IMG/VR virus record: IMGVR_UViG_3300049988_000245
Location: 128,001 to 192,000 of that record
From: a virus
Taxonomy: Duplodnaviria > Caudoviricetes
DNA length: 64,000 nucleotides
Reading direction: 5' to 3' (one strand)
Part shown: positions 51,161 to 59,479 of the stretch, piece by piece
Numbering within the stretch: position 1 is the first letter of the stretch
Layout: each line of letters opens with the position of its first letter
Notes under the pieces: model-generated
What the model was told of the DNA's origin: nothing
Database searches by the model: none
The model's input: the letters and a program-made list of their open reading frames with translations, nothing else
Made by a program: the position numbers and the translations under genes

Positions 51161-51321
51161 TCGGATTCTCGTTTCTTCTTGTGGGCCTCCGCCTGCTCGT
51201 ACAGGTCTCCGAACAGCACGCCCATCACGATCATGCAGACGGATAGGAACATGCCCTTGAACGACTGGTCGTAAGCCAGGATCGCGAGGGCAAGAATCTG
51301 AACCATTCGGGTGTCGAGCAT
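51157..51321 (-). CDS. Small membrane protein
   Basis: Start moved to MLDTRM; hydrophobic. Confidence 0.45.
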   Translation of the reverse strand: MLDTRMVQILALAILAYDQSFKGMFLSVCMIVMGVLFGDLYEQAEAHKKKRESE

Positions 51322-51331
51322 GGGATTCCCC

Positions 51332-52051
51332 TCAGAGGGTGCCTTCGACGGCAACCAGACGATCGAGGCCGACTGCGACCTCCAGCACGCGAACATCCTC
51401 GACCGGAAAGTCCGTGCGCGTCGAGATCGAGCACATCTCTTTCCACTTCTCCGTCGATCCCGGATGCGTGTAAGGGACCTCGACATCGTTGGTGATCTCG
51501 GAATAGGCGGGGAGCCGATCGCTCGGGATGATTCGCGTCTCACGAACACCCGTGATCTTGCGAATCGCCTCAGCGATCACCGGCTCGACTGCCGCACGGT
51601 AGTCGGCCTTCGAGTTGGCCTTGTACGCGCACTGGAATTCGAGTTGGTAGAATTCGTTGTAGCGCAGATTCGAGGCGGTCGCACCATCCATGGCTTCGAC
51701 CCGGAAGCTCTTACCCGCCTGCCACACGCACACGGGATACCGGACGAGGCCGCGATCGAGCAACGCCTTCAGGTAGAGGTAGGAGGATGCGGTGGTCTCC
51801 GCCCGCAACGCTGCCTGATCCTCGCCCAGCTTGGCGTTGAGCAGGAAGATGTCCGAGTCGTCATAGGCGGACGAGATGTACTGGCGCGGCGTCAGGAGCG
51901 GACCCTCGACCCGGTGGAACGACCAAGCGGAGTTCAGCCCGGTCAGGGCGCTGGAGAGCGCCCCGACTATCCGGGTGATTGCCTGCTCGCGAATCATGAT
52001 CTCGCGTTCGGTCCAGAAGGGCAGGCCGCCCTTGCCGTAGAGTGCGTCCAC
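51332..52051 (-). CDS. Truncated class II aminoacyl-tRNA synthetase catalytic core (GlyRS/ProRS/ThrRS-like)
   Basis: ALRAETT, GKSFR.E (motif 2), RYNEFYQLEFQ, EVAVGLDRL (motif 3); 239 aa, no anticodon-binding domain. Confidence 0.75.
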   Translation of the reverse strand: MDALYGKGGLPFWTEREIMIREQAITRIVGALSSALTGLNSAWSFHRVEGPLLTPRQYISSAYDDSDIFLLNAKLGEDQAALRAETTASSYLYLKALLDRGLVRYPVCVWQAGKSFRVEAMDGATASNLRYNEFYQLEFQCAYKANSKADYRAAVEPVIAEAIRKITGVRETRIIPSDRLPAYSEITNDVEVPYTHPGSTEKWKEMCSISTRTDFPVEDVRVLEVAVGLDRLVAVEGTL

Positions 52052-52066
52052 TGTCGGGTTCCTCGA

Positions 52067-52083
52067 AATTGGTACGACGAATT
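52067..52083. promoter_or_regulatory. Palindromic operator-like site upstream of the aaRS-like gene
   Basis: AATTGGT-ACG-ACGAATT. Confidence 0.5.
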
Positions 52084-52095
52084 TGTAGCACCAAT

Positions 52096-52443
52096 TCAGG
52101 CGACGATGCTACCCGCCCGCGTGGCCATATCCGCATAGACGGAGATCGGGTGCTTGGCCTGGAAGTGGATGTCCCGCTCCACCGGTAGTCCCACGGCGCC
52201 GTGAATCGATTCGAGTTCCGAGAGAAGAACCGAACCAAGCTCCGGGCACCCCAGGCCGAGATCGCACAGACCGAATAGGATGTCCGGTTCCTGCTCGTCC
52301 ATCTCGGTGATCAGCCACGTGGCAGCGCCGTCCGGGGTAAAGAACTTCACCACGGGCTTGTGATCGTCCTCGCCCCCGGACTTCTCGGAGGCTCGGCCGT
52401 TCGCGAGCAGGGCTGCACGAATCTCTTCGGTGATCAGGATCAT
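52096..52443 (-). CDS. DUF2958-like protein
   Basis: LLANG..PVVKFFTPDGAATWL..FGLCDLGLG.PELG..VERD. Confidence 0.75.
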   Translation of the reverse strand: MILITEEIRAALLANGRASEKSGGEDDHKPVVKFFTPDGAATWLITEMDEQEPDILFGLCDLGLGCPELGSVLLSELESIHGAVGLPVERDIHFQAKHPISVYADMATRAGSIVA

Positions 52444-53246
52444 CGGAATTTTCTCCCCATCATCATGAGCGGGTGGTGGAAGTGGGGGTTACCACGACGG
52501 TGCATGTCCATGGCCATCATGAGTGCCATCTCGGGGTTGTTGCGAAACGCCCAGGGATTCTGGCGCATTAGTTTGCGCGTTTCGCGCTGATGCTCGGTCT
52601 CCGTGACGATGTTGGAGCCGGGCGGCACCGGAATGGCACCGGATTTCAGACTGACGTAGCCGATGAACCGGAACGTGCGGGGCTTGAACTCCTTCACCCG
52701 AACCTTGGTCTTGAACGGCCGGTTGATCGGGACGATCTTGTCTTCCGCCTTGATCCACTGCTGTATATTCCACGTGTACGCGCCGCTCCGACACGTTGCA
52801 CGGATGTACATCTTCGGCTCGACATGCGTGATCGTGTACCGCTCTTGAGGAATGTGATCGGAAACGAAAAAGCAGTCCCCAACCTTCGGAAGCTTCGGCT
52901 CGATCGGCTCCAGCAGGGTGCGGTCGTACAGCAGCGACACGGGGAGTTTCACCTCGACGCCCGTGATGATGGCCTCGAACAGCACCTGTGGGCGGTTATT
53001 GAGGAGTTTCCCGGACGACCTGACATCCAAGTAGCGGCCCGCGACGACCAGCGACTTCTTGCCCATCTGCTCGACGATCGCCTCGACGAGATCACCACGC
53101 GTCGCGCCGCGACCGTAGTACGCCTTGATTTCGGGTGCGCAGATTTCCGCGAACCGCTGCATGTTGACGATCCGATACACCGTACCGGGCACGCCCTCGT
53201 GGGGCGCCATGAGGGCGGCCTTCTCCGCCTTTTTGAGCCTTGCCAT
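52440..53246 (-). CDS. Hypothetical protein
   Basis: 268 aa; ATGA overlap; Met-rich C-terminus. Confidence 0.6.
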   Translation of the reverse strand: MARLKKAEKAALMAPHEGVPGTVYRIVNMQRFAEICAPEIKAYYGRGATRGDLVEAIVEQMGKKSLVVAGRYLDVRSSGKLLNNRPQVLFEAIITGVEVKLPVSLLYDRTLLEPIEPKLPKVGDCFFVSDHIPQERYTITHVEPKMYIRATCRSGAYTWNIQQWIKAEDKIVPINRPFKTKVRVKEFKPRTFRFIGYVSLKSGAIPVPPGSNIVTETEHQRETRKLMRQNPWAFRNNPEMALMMAMDMHRRGNPHFHHPLMMMGRKFR

Positions 53247-53269
53247 GAGAATCGCCCCCGCTCGGTGTG

Positions 53270-53761
53270 TTAGATGAGAAGGCCCGCCAGGGTGTGGAAA
53301 TTCTTGGCGACCCGCTTCTGCTGATCGACCATGTCCTTGCCCACCGAGACTCGCGTCTGTTCGTGCGCGTAGTCACGGGCCATCTGCCAGAGCAGATCGA
53401 GCTTCGGATGATCGGCCAGACGAAGCTCCTCGGCCAACGCCGCCTTGAGCCGAGCGTTGCCGTCATCGATCAGGCGATTGTTCTCCTCGTGCTCAGCCGC
53501 CACCTCGGCGCGCTCCGAATTGTACGCGGAGAGCACCAGCGGCAGAGCCAGAGCTTCGTCCGGGGTCAGTTCAACCGCCGGTTTGAGAAGAAGCTCCGGC
53601 ACGACCGGGTCAGTTGCCCTCAGGATGACCGGGGCGAATTCGCCCCGGCGAACGCGGTCTTCGACCGTCAGGTGTGCCGGAATCGTTTCGATTTCGAAAT
53701 CATCCGAACCCCATCCGGCTACGATGGAAAGACCTATCATGCTCAATCCGATACCGTGCAT
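53270..53761 (-). CDS. Hypothetical protein, paralog of 53772-54146
   Basis: LADHPKLDLLWQMA. Confidence 0.55.
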   Translation of the reverse strand: MHGIGLSMIGLSIVAGWGSDDFEIETIPAHLTVEDRVRRGEFAPVILRATDPVVPELLLKPAVELTPDEALALPLVLSAYNSERAEVAAEHEENNRLIDDGNARLKAALAEELRLADHPKLDLLWQMARDYAHEQTRVSVGKDMVDQQKRVAKNFHTLAGLLI

Positions 53762-53771
53762 CGCAGTTTCC

Positions 53772-54146
53772 TCACTTCACGAGTTCGACAAGATCGTCGT
53801 AGTAGCTGGCGATTTCTTCCTTGCCCGCGCTGTGGCCGAGACTGTATGCCTTGCTGTAGAGAAGGTCGGCCTTCGGGTGTCCGGTCATCCCGTGGTACTC
53901 GTGGAGCGCATCCACGAAGGCGTTCTCGCAGGCACTGGCCTGGGTCTGGTAGACGGTCTTGGCCTCCTCGTACGCAGCCTTGTCCGCCGCATACTGCGCG
54001 CGAACCTCCGGGATGCTGGCGATCTCGGCGTCGGAAAGCTCCTTAGCGGACTTGCGGAGGATGGCGGGCTCCTTGACCCGGAACGGGTAGGGAGCGGTCG
54101 GCTTGAACTCGTCGTTGCGGATGCGGGTGGTGATGTCGTCGCTCAT
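53772..54146 (-). CDS. Hypothetical protein
   Basis: MTGHPKADLLYSKAYSLGHS; GGAG SD; early promoter upstream. Confidence 0.65.
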   Translation of the reverse strand: MSDDITTRIRNDEFKPTAPYPFRVKEPAILRKSAKELSDAEIASIPEVRAQYAADKAAYEEAKTVYQTQASACENAFVDALHEYHGMTGHPKADLLYSKAYSLGHSAGKEEIASYYDDLVELVK

Positions 54147-54172
54147 GTCCGTGCTCCCTTGCTGATTCATCG

Positions 54173-54200
54173 AATATACACTGATTCGAGAGGCCGTCAA
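54173..54200 (-). promoter_or_regulatory. Sigma70-type early promoter
   Basis: TTGACG-N16-TATATT. Confidence 0.65.
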
Positions 54201-54204
54201 CTCG

Positions 54205-54221
54205 ATTTCGTTACACGAAAA
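54205..54221. promoter_or_regulatory. Palindromic operator-like site
   Basis: ATTTCGT-TAC-ACGAAAA, next to the -35 box, between divergent operons. Confidence 0.6.
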
Positions 54222-54282
54222 TAGTTAATTTCCATTCATCCTGCTAGTCTGACTACATTCATTAAAGTGATTGTAGATTCAG

Positions 54283-55509
54283 ATGTTTTATCCGTTTCCT
54301 GCCAGCTTAGGGCTGGGTGAAGTCCGTCAGGCCATCAAGGTTGCCAACGAACGTCTTGGTCGAGTCTGCTTTATCGAGGCAGACCGTGGGGATCACGTGA
54401 TCTTCAACTATGTTCTGTCGTTCAACGATACCTTCCCCCAGCCGGACACGGAAGACGAGGCAGTGAATCGCGAGTATGCGATCCTGCGTGAATGCCGTGG
54501 TCTTGTGTTCGACAAGACCTATGGGGTGGTTCTTTCGCGTCGCTATCACAAGTTTTTCAACATCAATGAGAAGAGCTTCACCCAATCCCATCTGATCGAC
54601 TGGACCCAGCCGCATGTGATCTTGGAAAAACTCGACGGCTCGATGATCGCCCCCTACCCGCACTCGGGCCGTCCCGGTGGGATCGCCTGGGGGACCAAGA
54701 TGGGAGCCACCGACGTATCGCTGCCGGTCGAAGAGTTCGTCGAGAAGAATCCGCAGTACCGGACGCTGTTCTTCGAATTGTACGAGCGTGGGTTCACCCC
54801 GCTGTTCGAATGGTGCTCGCGCAAGCAGAAGATCGTCATCGACTATAAGACGGATCGCCTCGTGTTGACCGGGGTCCGTTCGATCTATTCGGGCGAGTAC
54901 GCCTCGCATGAGGCCCTGGTGGGGTTTGGCCTCACCTACGGGGTCGAGGTGGTGCGCGCGCTTCCCGGTTCGGTCGAGAACATCGAACAATTCATGGCCG
55001 AAGCTTATGCGGTCGAGGATGAAGAGGGATACATCATCCGGTTCGAGAACGGCCACATGCTGAAGATCAAGGGTCTTTGGTACTGCCAGATTCATCGGAC
55101 CAAGGACAATCTGACCCGCGAGAAAGACGTGTGGCGGATGATTTTGGACGACAATCTAGATGATGTGAAGCCGTTCATGGACCCGGACGATCGGGCTCGT
55201 GTGGATGCGTATGTTGAGGCGTTCGAATCCCGCATCGCCGAGCGCGGTGCCTTCCTCCAGCTTCACGTGGACGTCGCCAAGGCGGTCGGCAACGACAAGA
55301 AGGCATTCGCGAGTAGCCTGAAGGATATCCATCCGATGGATCGCGGGTTGCTGTTCTCCATCTGGGATGGTCATGATCCGAAGGATTGCGTCCGTGAACT
55401 CCTGAAGAAGAACTCTTACACCGGAACCAAAATTGAAAATGTACGTCGAATGATCAATGGTCTACGTTGGGATGATTACCGCGATCATAACGTGATTCTC
55501 GACGCTTAA
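54283..55509 (+). CDS. RNA ligase, T4 Rnl1-like
   Basis: ECRGLVF, KFFNINE, EKLDGS (adenylylated Lys), LFEW, EEGY, LKIKG. Confidence 0.88.
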   Translation: MFYPFPASLGLGEVRQAIKVANERLGRVCFIEADRGDHVIFNYVLSFNDTFPQPDTEDEAVNREYAILRECRGLVFDKTYGVVLSRRYHKFFNINEKSFTQSHLIDWTQPHVILEKLDGSMIAPYPHSGRPGGIAWGTKMGATDVSLPVEEFVEKNPQYRTLFFELYERGFTPLFEWCSRKQKIVIDYKTDRLVLTGVRSIYSGEYASHEALVGFGLTYGVEVVRALPGSVENIEQFMAEAYAVEDEEGYIIRFENGHMLKIKGLWYCQIHRTKDNLTREKDVWRMILDDNLDDVKPFMDPDDRARVDAYVEAFESRIAERGAFLQLHVDVAKAVGNDKKAFASSLKDIHPMDRGLLFSIWDGHDPKDCVRELLKKNSYTGTKIENVRRMINGLRWDDYRDHNVILDA

Positions 55510-55526
55510 TATTTTTGGAGTATTTG

Positions 55527-55658
55527 ATGATTCAAGATTTGAAGGTTCTCGCCCTTGGCGTTGTTGTGGGTTGCCTCGCTCTGGCGGCGTGTTTTGCCAC
55601 GTACACGATGACGACCCCGGATGGTGCCGAGCGCGCCGCCTACGTCGAGGTCCCGTGA
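55527..55658 (+). CDS. 43-aa membrane peptide
   Basis: GGAG SD; MIQDLKVLALGVVVGCLALAAC...; TGATG overlap with agmatinase. Confidence 0.5.
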   Translation: MIQDLKVLALGVVVGCLALAACFATYTMTTPDGAERAAYVEVP

Positions 55659-56557
55659 TGGAAAAGCCGTTCCAGGGCCTTTCGACGTTCCTGAAGTCGC
55701 CCGTCAACGACGCCTCGCGCAAGATCGGCGTTATGGGTTTGCCGTTTGACGGCGCCACCTCGTACCGGCCCGGTGCGCGGTTCGCACCGAACGCGATCCG
55801 TGAAGCCTCCATGATGCTCACCGATGGCGGCCACCCGACGCTGAAGGTCGATCCATGCCAGTTCGTCACCGATCTCGGCGACGTGCCGGTGTCGAACCTT
55901 AATGTCGCAAAGAGCCTAGAGCAGATCGAGGAAGCGATTCATGCGAGCCCGTTCTACCGGGACCCGTCGAAGCGTCTTATGTTCATGGGCGGAGACCACA
56001 CGGTAACCACGGGAATCCTGCGCGCCATTGCGCCGGATCACGAAGACCTGCAAGTTCTCCATCTCGACGCCCATTGCGACACCTGGGCGGACCATTTCGG
56101 TGATCCGCTCGGCCACGGCACCTGGGTGCGCAATGTGGTTGAGGAGAAGCTGGTTAAGCCGGAGAACATCCTTCAGGTCGGCATTCGCTCGCCCGTGGAC
56201 CCGGAGACCCGCAACTGGCTTGGCGAACGCCATGGCCGGGTCATCTCGGCGCGTTCAGCCCTCAAGATGGGCGCCGATGTGATCGTTCAGAACCAGATTC
56301 CGAGGGACAAGCCCCTCTACATTAGCCTGGACATCGACTGCCTCGACCCCGCCTACGCCCCCGGTACGGGAACCCCTGAGATCGCCGGGCTGACCCCGCA
56401 TTTCGTCCTCGATATGCTGGAGAGCTTGAAGCACCACAACATTGTCGGGATGGACCTTGTTGAGGTCAATCCGATGTTCGATCCCACCAAGATCACCGCG
56501 CTCGCGGGTGCCACGTTCATGTGGACCGTGGCCAGCATGATGGCGTGGCTTCCGTGA
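55658..56557 (+). CDS. speB: Agmatinase (ureohydrolase/arginase family)
   Basis: PFDGATSYRPGARFAP, GGDH, HLDAHCD, SLDIDCLDPAYAPGTGTP. Confidence 0.88.
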   Translation: MEKPFQGLSTFLKSPVNDASRKIGVMGLPFDGATSYRPGARFAPNAIREASMMLTDGGHPTLKVDPCQFVTDLGDVPVSNLNVAKSLEQIEEAIHASPFYRDPSKRLMFMGGDHTVTTGILRAIAPDHEDLQVLHLDAHCDTWADHFGDPLGHGTWVRNVVEEKLVKPENILQVGIRSPVDPETRNWLGERHGRVISARSALKMGADVIVQNQIPRDKPLYISLDIDCLDPAYAPGTGTPEIAGLTPHFVLDMLESLKHHNIVGMDLVEVNPMFDPTKITALAGATFMWTVASMMAWLP

Positions 56558-57258
56558 AGCTCGCCTACATCAGCGACCTTCATTTGGAAAATCGTCCCGG
56601 TGTGGCCATCCCCCTTCTAGAAGGGAAGTGGCATCGTCTCATCGAAATCGGCTTCCCCGCGCAGATTGAGGCAGACGTGATCGTGATTGCCGGGGACGTG
56701 CACAAGAACCCCGCGTTCCGCCGTGTTGTCTACAAGGGTATCTCAGACACCTATGGGGTGCCGGTGATCGCGGTCGATGGGAACCACGACGTGTATGGTC
56801 GGGACTTCCCGGCCAATCACGCCGGGGTGGCCACGGAGATCAAAGGGGTGCGGTTCGCCGTCACCACGTTGTGGACCCATTTGGGCGTGCTGGATCAGTC
56901 GATCGCTCACGAGTTCATGGATTTTCGGCAGATCAGCGCGCTCGACCCATTGACGTGGAATCAGACTCACGCGATGCAGTTGGAGTTTCTGCGCCAGTCC
57001 GGCGCCGATGTGTTCGTGACCCACCACACGCCGTCGAGCCGATCCTCCCATCCACGATTTGCGAGCAATCCGTTTAACGGTTTCTTTACCAACGATCTCG
57101 ATCTAAGCCAATTTGGTGGACTGAAATTGTGGGTCCATGGGCATGTGCACGATGAATGGGATTACATCGAGCAGGGAATCAGGGTAGTTTGTAATCCTCT
57201 GGGATACCCCATGGAGCTTCATCGACGTGGAGCACAGATCAAAATCATAGAGGTGTAA
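56554..57258 (+). CDS. Calcineurin-like metallophosphoesterase
   Basis: SDLHLE, IAGD, GNHD, THHTP, HGHVH. Confidence 0.88.
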   Translation: MKLAYISDLHLENRPGVAIPLLEGKWHRLIEIGFPAQIEADVIVIAGDVHKNPAFRRVVYKGISDTYGVPVIAVDGNHDVYGRDFPANHAGVATEIKGVRFAVTTLWTHLGVLDQSIAHEFMDFRQISALDPLTWNQTHAMQLEFLRQSGADVFVTHHTPSSRSSHPRFASNPFNGFFTNDLDLSQFGGLKLWVHGHVHDEWDYIEQGIRVVCNPLGYPMELHRRGAQIKIIEV

Positions 57259-57995
57259 TGCGTAGCTTGATGATCTTCTCCGGAGCGGGTATTTCGGCCG
57301 ACTCTGGCATTCGAACGTTTCGCGACTCTGATGGTCTCTGGGAGAACCATTCGATCGAGCAGGTTTGCACGGCATCGACGTGGAAGCGGAATCCAGAGAT
57401 GGTGCACGCGTTCTACAACGCCCGCCGCCTCGAACTGGTCGCCTGCGAGCCCAACCCGGCCCACCATATGGTGCGGCGGATTCAGCAGCGCTACCCGGAT
57501 GCGTCGATCATCACGCAGAACGTCGATGACTTGTTCGAGAAGGCCGGGTGCGAGAACGTCGTCCACGTCCACGGTCGGCTTACCGACATGAAGTGCGAAC
57601 ACTGCGCACGCAAGTTCGACATCGGCAACCGAGCCTGGGACTACCAGACGGAGTGCTGCCAGTGCGGGTGCCGCAAGGGTGTGCGTCCGGGCATCGTGAT
57701 GTTCGGCGACGACGCCCCGCTGTACTCGGTTATGTACCGGCGGATCGAGCAGGTGAAGCATACCACGGGGGTGCTCGTGGTGATCGGTACGTCCGGACAG
57801 GTGGTTCCGATCGGCGAGATGGCCGAAGACCTTCCCGGCATGACGATCCTCTCGAATCTTGAGACCGCCAAACAGCCGGATGCGCCCTACATCCCCTACA
57901 CGGCAGACTACCAGTTCAAGAAGGTTCTTCACGGTCGCGCCTCGGAGATGGCTCCGGCGATCGAGGAAGCCATTATCACGGCGATGGAGACCTGA
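57258..57995 (+). CDS. Sir2/CobB-family NAD-dependent deacylase
   Basis: GAGISADSGIRTFRD, ITQNVDDL, HVHG, CEHC..CQC, RPGIVMFG, IGTSG. Confidence 0.92.
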   Translation: MRSLMIFSGAGISADSGIRTFRDSDGLWENHSIEQVCTASTWKRNPEMVHAFYNARRLELVACEPNPAHHMVRRIQQRYPDASIITQNVDDLFEKAGCENVVHVHGRLTDMKCEHCARKFDIGNRAWDYQTECCQCGCRKGVRPGIVMFGDDAPLYSVMYRRIEQVKHTTGVLVVIGTSGQVVPIGEMAEDLPGMTILSNLETAKQPDAPYIPYTADYQFKKVLHGRASEMAPAIEEAIITAMET

Positions 57996-57998
57996 CAT

Positions 57999-58328
57999 AT
58001 GGCAGAAGGTTATCTCGGACAGTTTCCCGTCGATGTTCGGGAGACGATGTTCGCCGACTTCTCGAACGCCGATTGGGCGATGTACTTCATCGAGCGATAC
58101 GGCGGCATCGACGGGGCTAACCATAAGGATTGGGTCCTCGATCAGGTTTCGCGCATCCTCAAGGGGACGCCCGTGATCGTCGAGGAGGCCCGGTGGGAGG
58201 GCGGACTCAAGGAATTCCGTGTCCGCACGGGTGACCCGTCCCAGCGTTACCTCGCCTGGGTCGTTGAGATTAAGAATGGCGAGGACGGGCCGGACACGTA
58301 CGATTACGAGGAAGGGACACCCCCATGA
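57999..58328 (+). CDS. Hypothetical protein
   Basis: IERYGGIDG..HK.WVLDQ...Y.EG..P. Confidence 0.6.
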   Translation: MAEGYLGQFPVDVRETMFADFSNADWAMYFIERYGGIDGANHKDWVLDQVSRILKGTPVIVEEARWEGGLKEFRVRTGDPSQRYLAWVVEIKNGEDGPDTYDYEEGTPP

Positions 58329-58606
58329 TGCCACCTGTCACCAAGATACTCTGGGACACCGCCGTGGTGTTCTTCCGATTCGTCGGGGTCTTCATCGAAT
58401 GGCTGTTCGATTGGGGGTTCGAGCGCAAGGAATTCTATGTCCTGCGTGGGGACCAGCGTACCCTGGTGTGTTGGTGCACGGAGAACGGCCCGCCCCCGAG
58501 AATGCCAGAGCGGTTGAAGCCGCTCAAGATCGTCCTCCCCGGCTGGAGCGCGTTCACGCGGCTTCCCCACATCCGGGAGTACGCGGTCCGCTACAAGTGG
58601 CTGTGA
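58325..58606 (+). CDS. Hypothetical membrane-associated protein
   Basis: ATGA overlap. Confidence 0.5.
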   Translation: MMPPVTKILWDTAVVFFRFVGVFIEWLFDWGFERKEFYVLRGDQRTLVCWCTENGPPPRMPERLKPLKIVLPGWSAFTRLPHIREYAVRYKWL

Positions 58607-58763
58607 GGGAAACCCGCGCGAGCCGGACCCTACACGTCGCGGTCTGGTCCCTTGGTATGTTCCTGGCCGGTTGGGTCACGCACGATGCATTCGTCGCGGG
58701 AAAGCCGATCGGCCTCGACTTGCTGCTGTCGGGAATCATCTGGCTCGGCATCCTGGGCAACAC

Positions 58764-58976
58764 ATGATCTACATCCATCTGCTCCCCACGCGCCTTGCCC
58801 CGCTGGCCAACGATTTCCGCCGGGAAATCTCCGCTCATCATAAGGACATCGATCCATACGATGAATACGAATGGTTCAGCCTCGCCTTCGGATTCGCTCT
58901 CGCAAAAGGGATCAGCCCGGAGGATGCGGACGCGTTCGCGATCTACGCTCGACAGCACGATTTCTTTCTAATATAG
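58764..58976 (+). CDS. Hypothetical protein
   Basis: In-frame MIYIHLL part of ORF 58671-58976, ATGA overlap. Confidence 0.45.
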   Translation: MIYIHLLPTRLAPLANDFRREISAHHKDIDPYDEYEWFSLAFGFALAKGISPEDADAFAIYARQHDFFLI

Positions 58977-59031
58977 ACAATTTGTGTTGCATCGCGATAA
59001 CCTCTTGGCATTGCTACAGAGGTTATTTGTG

Positions 59032-59448
59032 ATGAACATTTTTGAGGTTCTGTTTAGTTCGCAGGGCCGTATGGGACGACTTGCGTTCCTTGGTTATTCC
59101 GTACTCAACATTCTGGTGATGATCGCTCTGGCCATCGCCTCAGCCGCGCTCTGGCAGGGCGGCGCAGGACCACACGCGATCCTGGGTATTCTGATCGCGC
59201 TCGCGGCGATCATCGCTATCATGTGGTCGGGAATCGCACTGACGATCAAGCGATTGCACGATATGAACTTCACCGGGCTACATGTGATTTGGATTCTTGG
59301 CCTGGAGTTTGCCTCCAAGGGGATGGGACCGGCGACGGATTCACCAGCCTTGGCGGCACTTCTGAGCGTGATCACGGCGGCGATCGGCGTCGGCATGCTG
59401 GTGGTGCCCGGATCACCCGGCGAGAACGCCTACGGCGCCCCGACCTGA
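59032..59448 (+). CDS. DUF805 membrane protein
   Basis: GRMGRLAF ... LTIKRLHDMNFTG ... PGSPGENAYG. Confidence 0.85.
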   Translation: MNIFEVLFSSQGRMGRLAFLGYSVLNILVMIALAIASAALWQGGAGPHAILGILIALAAIIAIMWSGIALTIKRLHDMNFTGLHVIWILGLEFASKGMGPATDSPALAALLSVITAAIGVGMLVVPGSPGENAYGAPT

Positions 59449-59453
59449 ACGAG

Positions 59454-59478
59454 AAAACCCGCCTTTCGGCGGGTTTTT
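59454..59478. terminator. Bidirectional terminator
   Basis: AAAACCCGCC-TTTC-GGCGGGTTTT. Confidence 0.75.
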
Positions 59479-59479
59479 G

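Noticed and set aside
58325-58606. Possible FKxRW member (ends YAVRYKWL)
   Set aside because: Lacks the F-x-D...A-F-x-F core; similarity too weak
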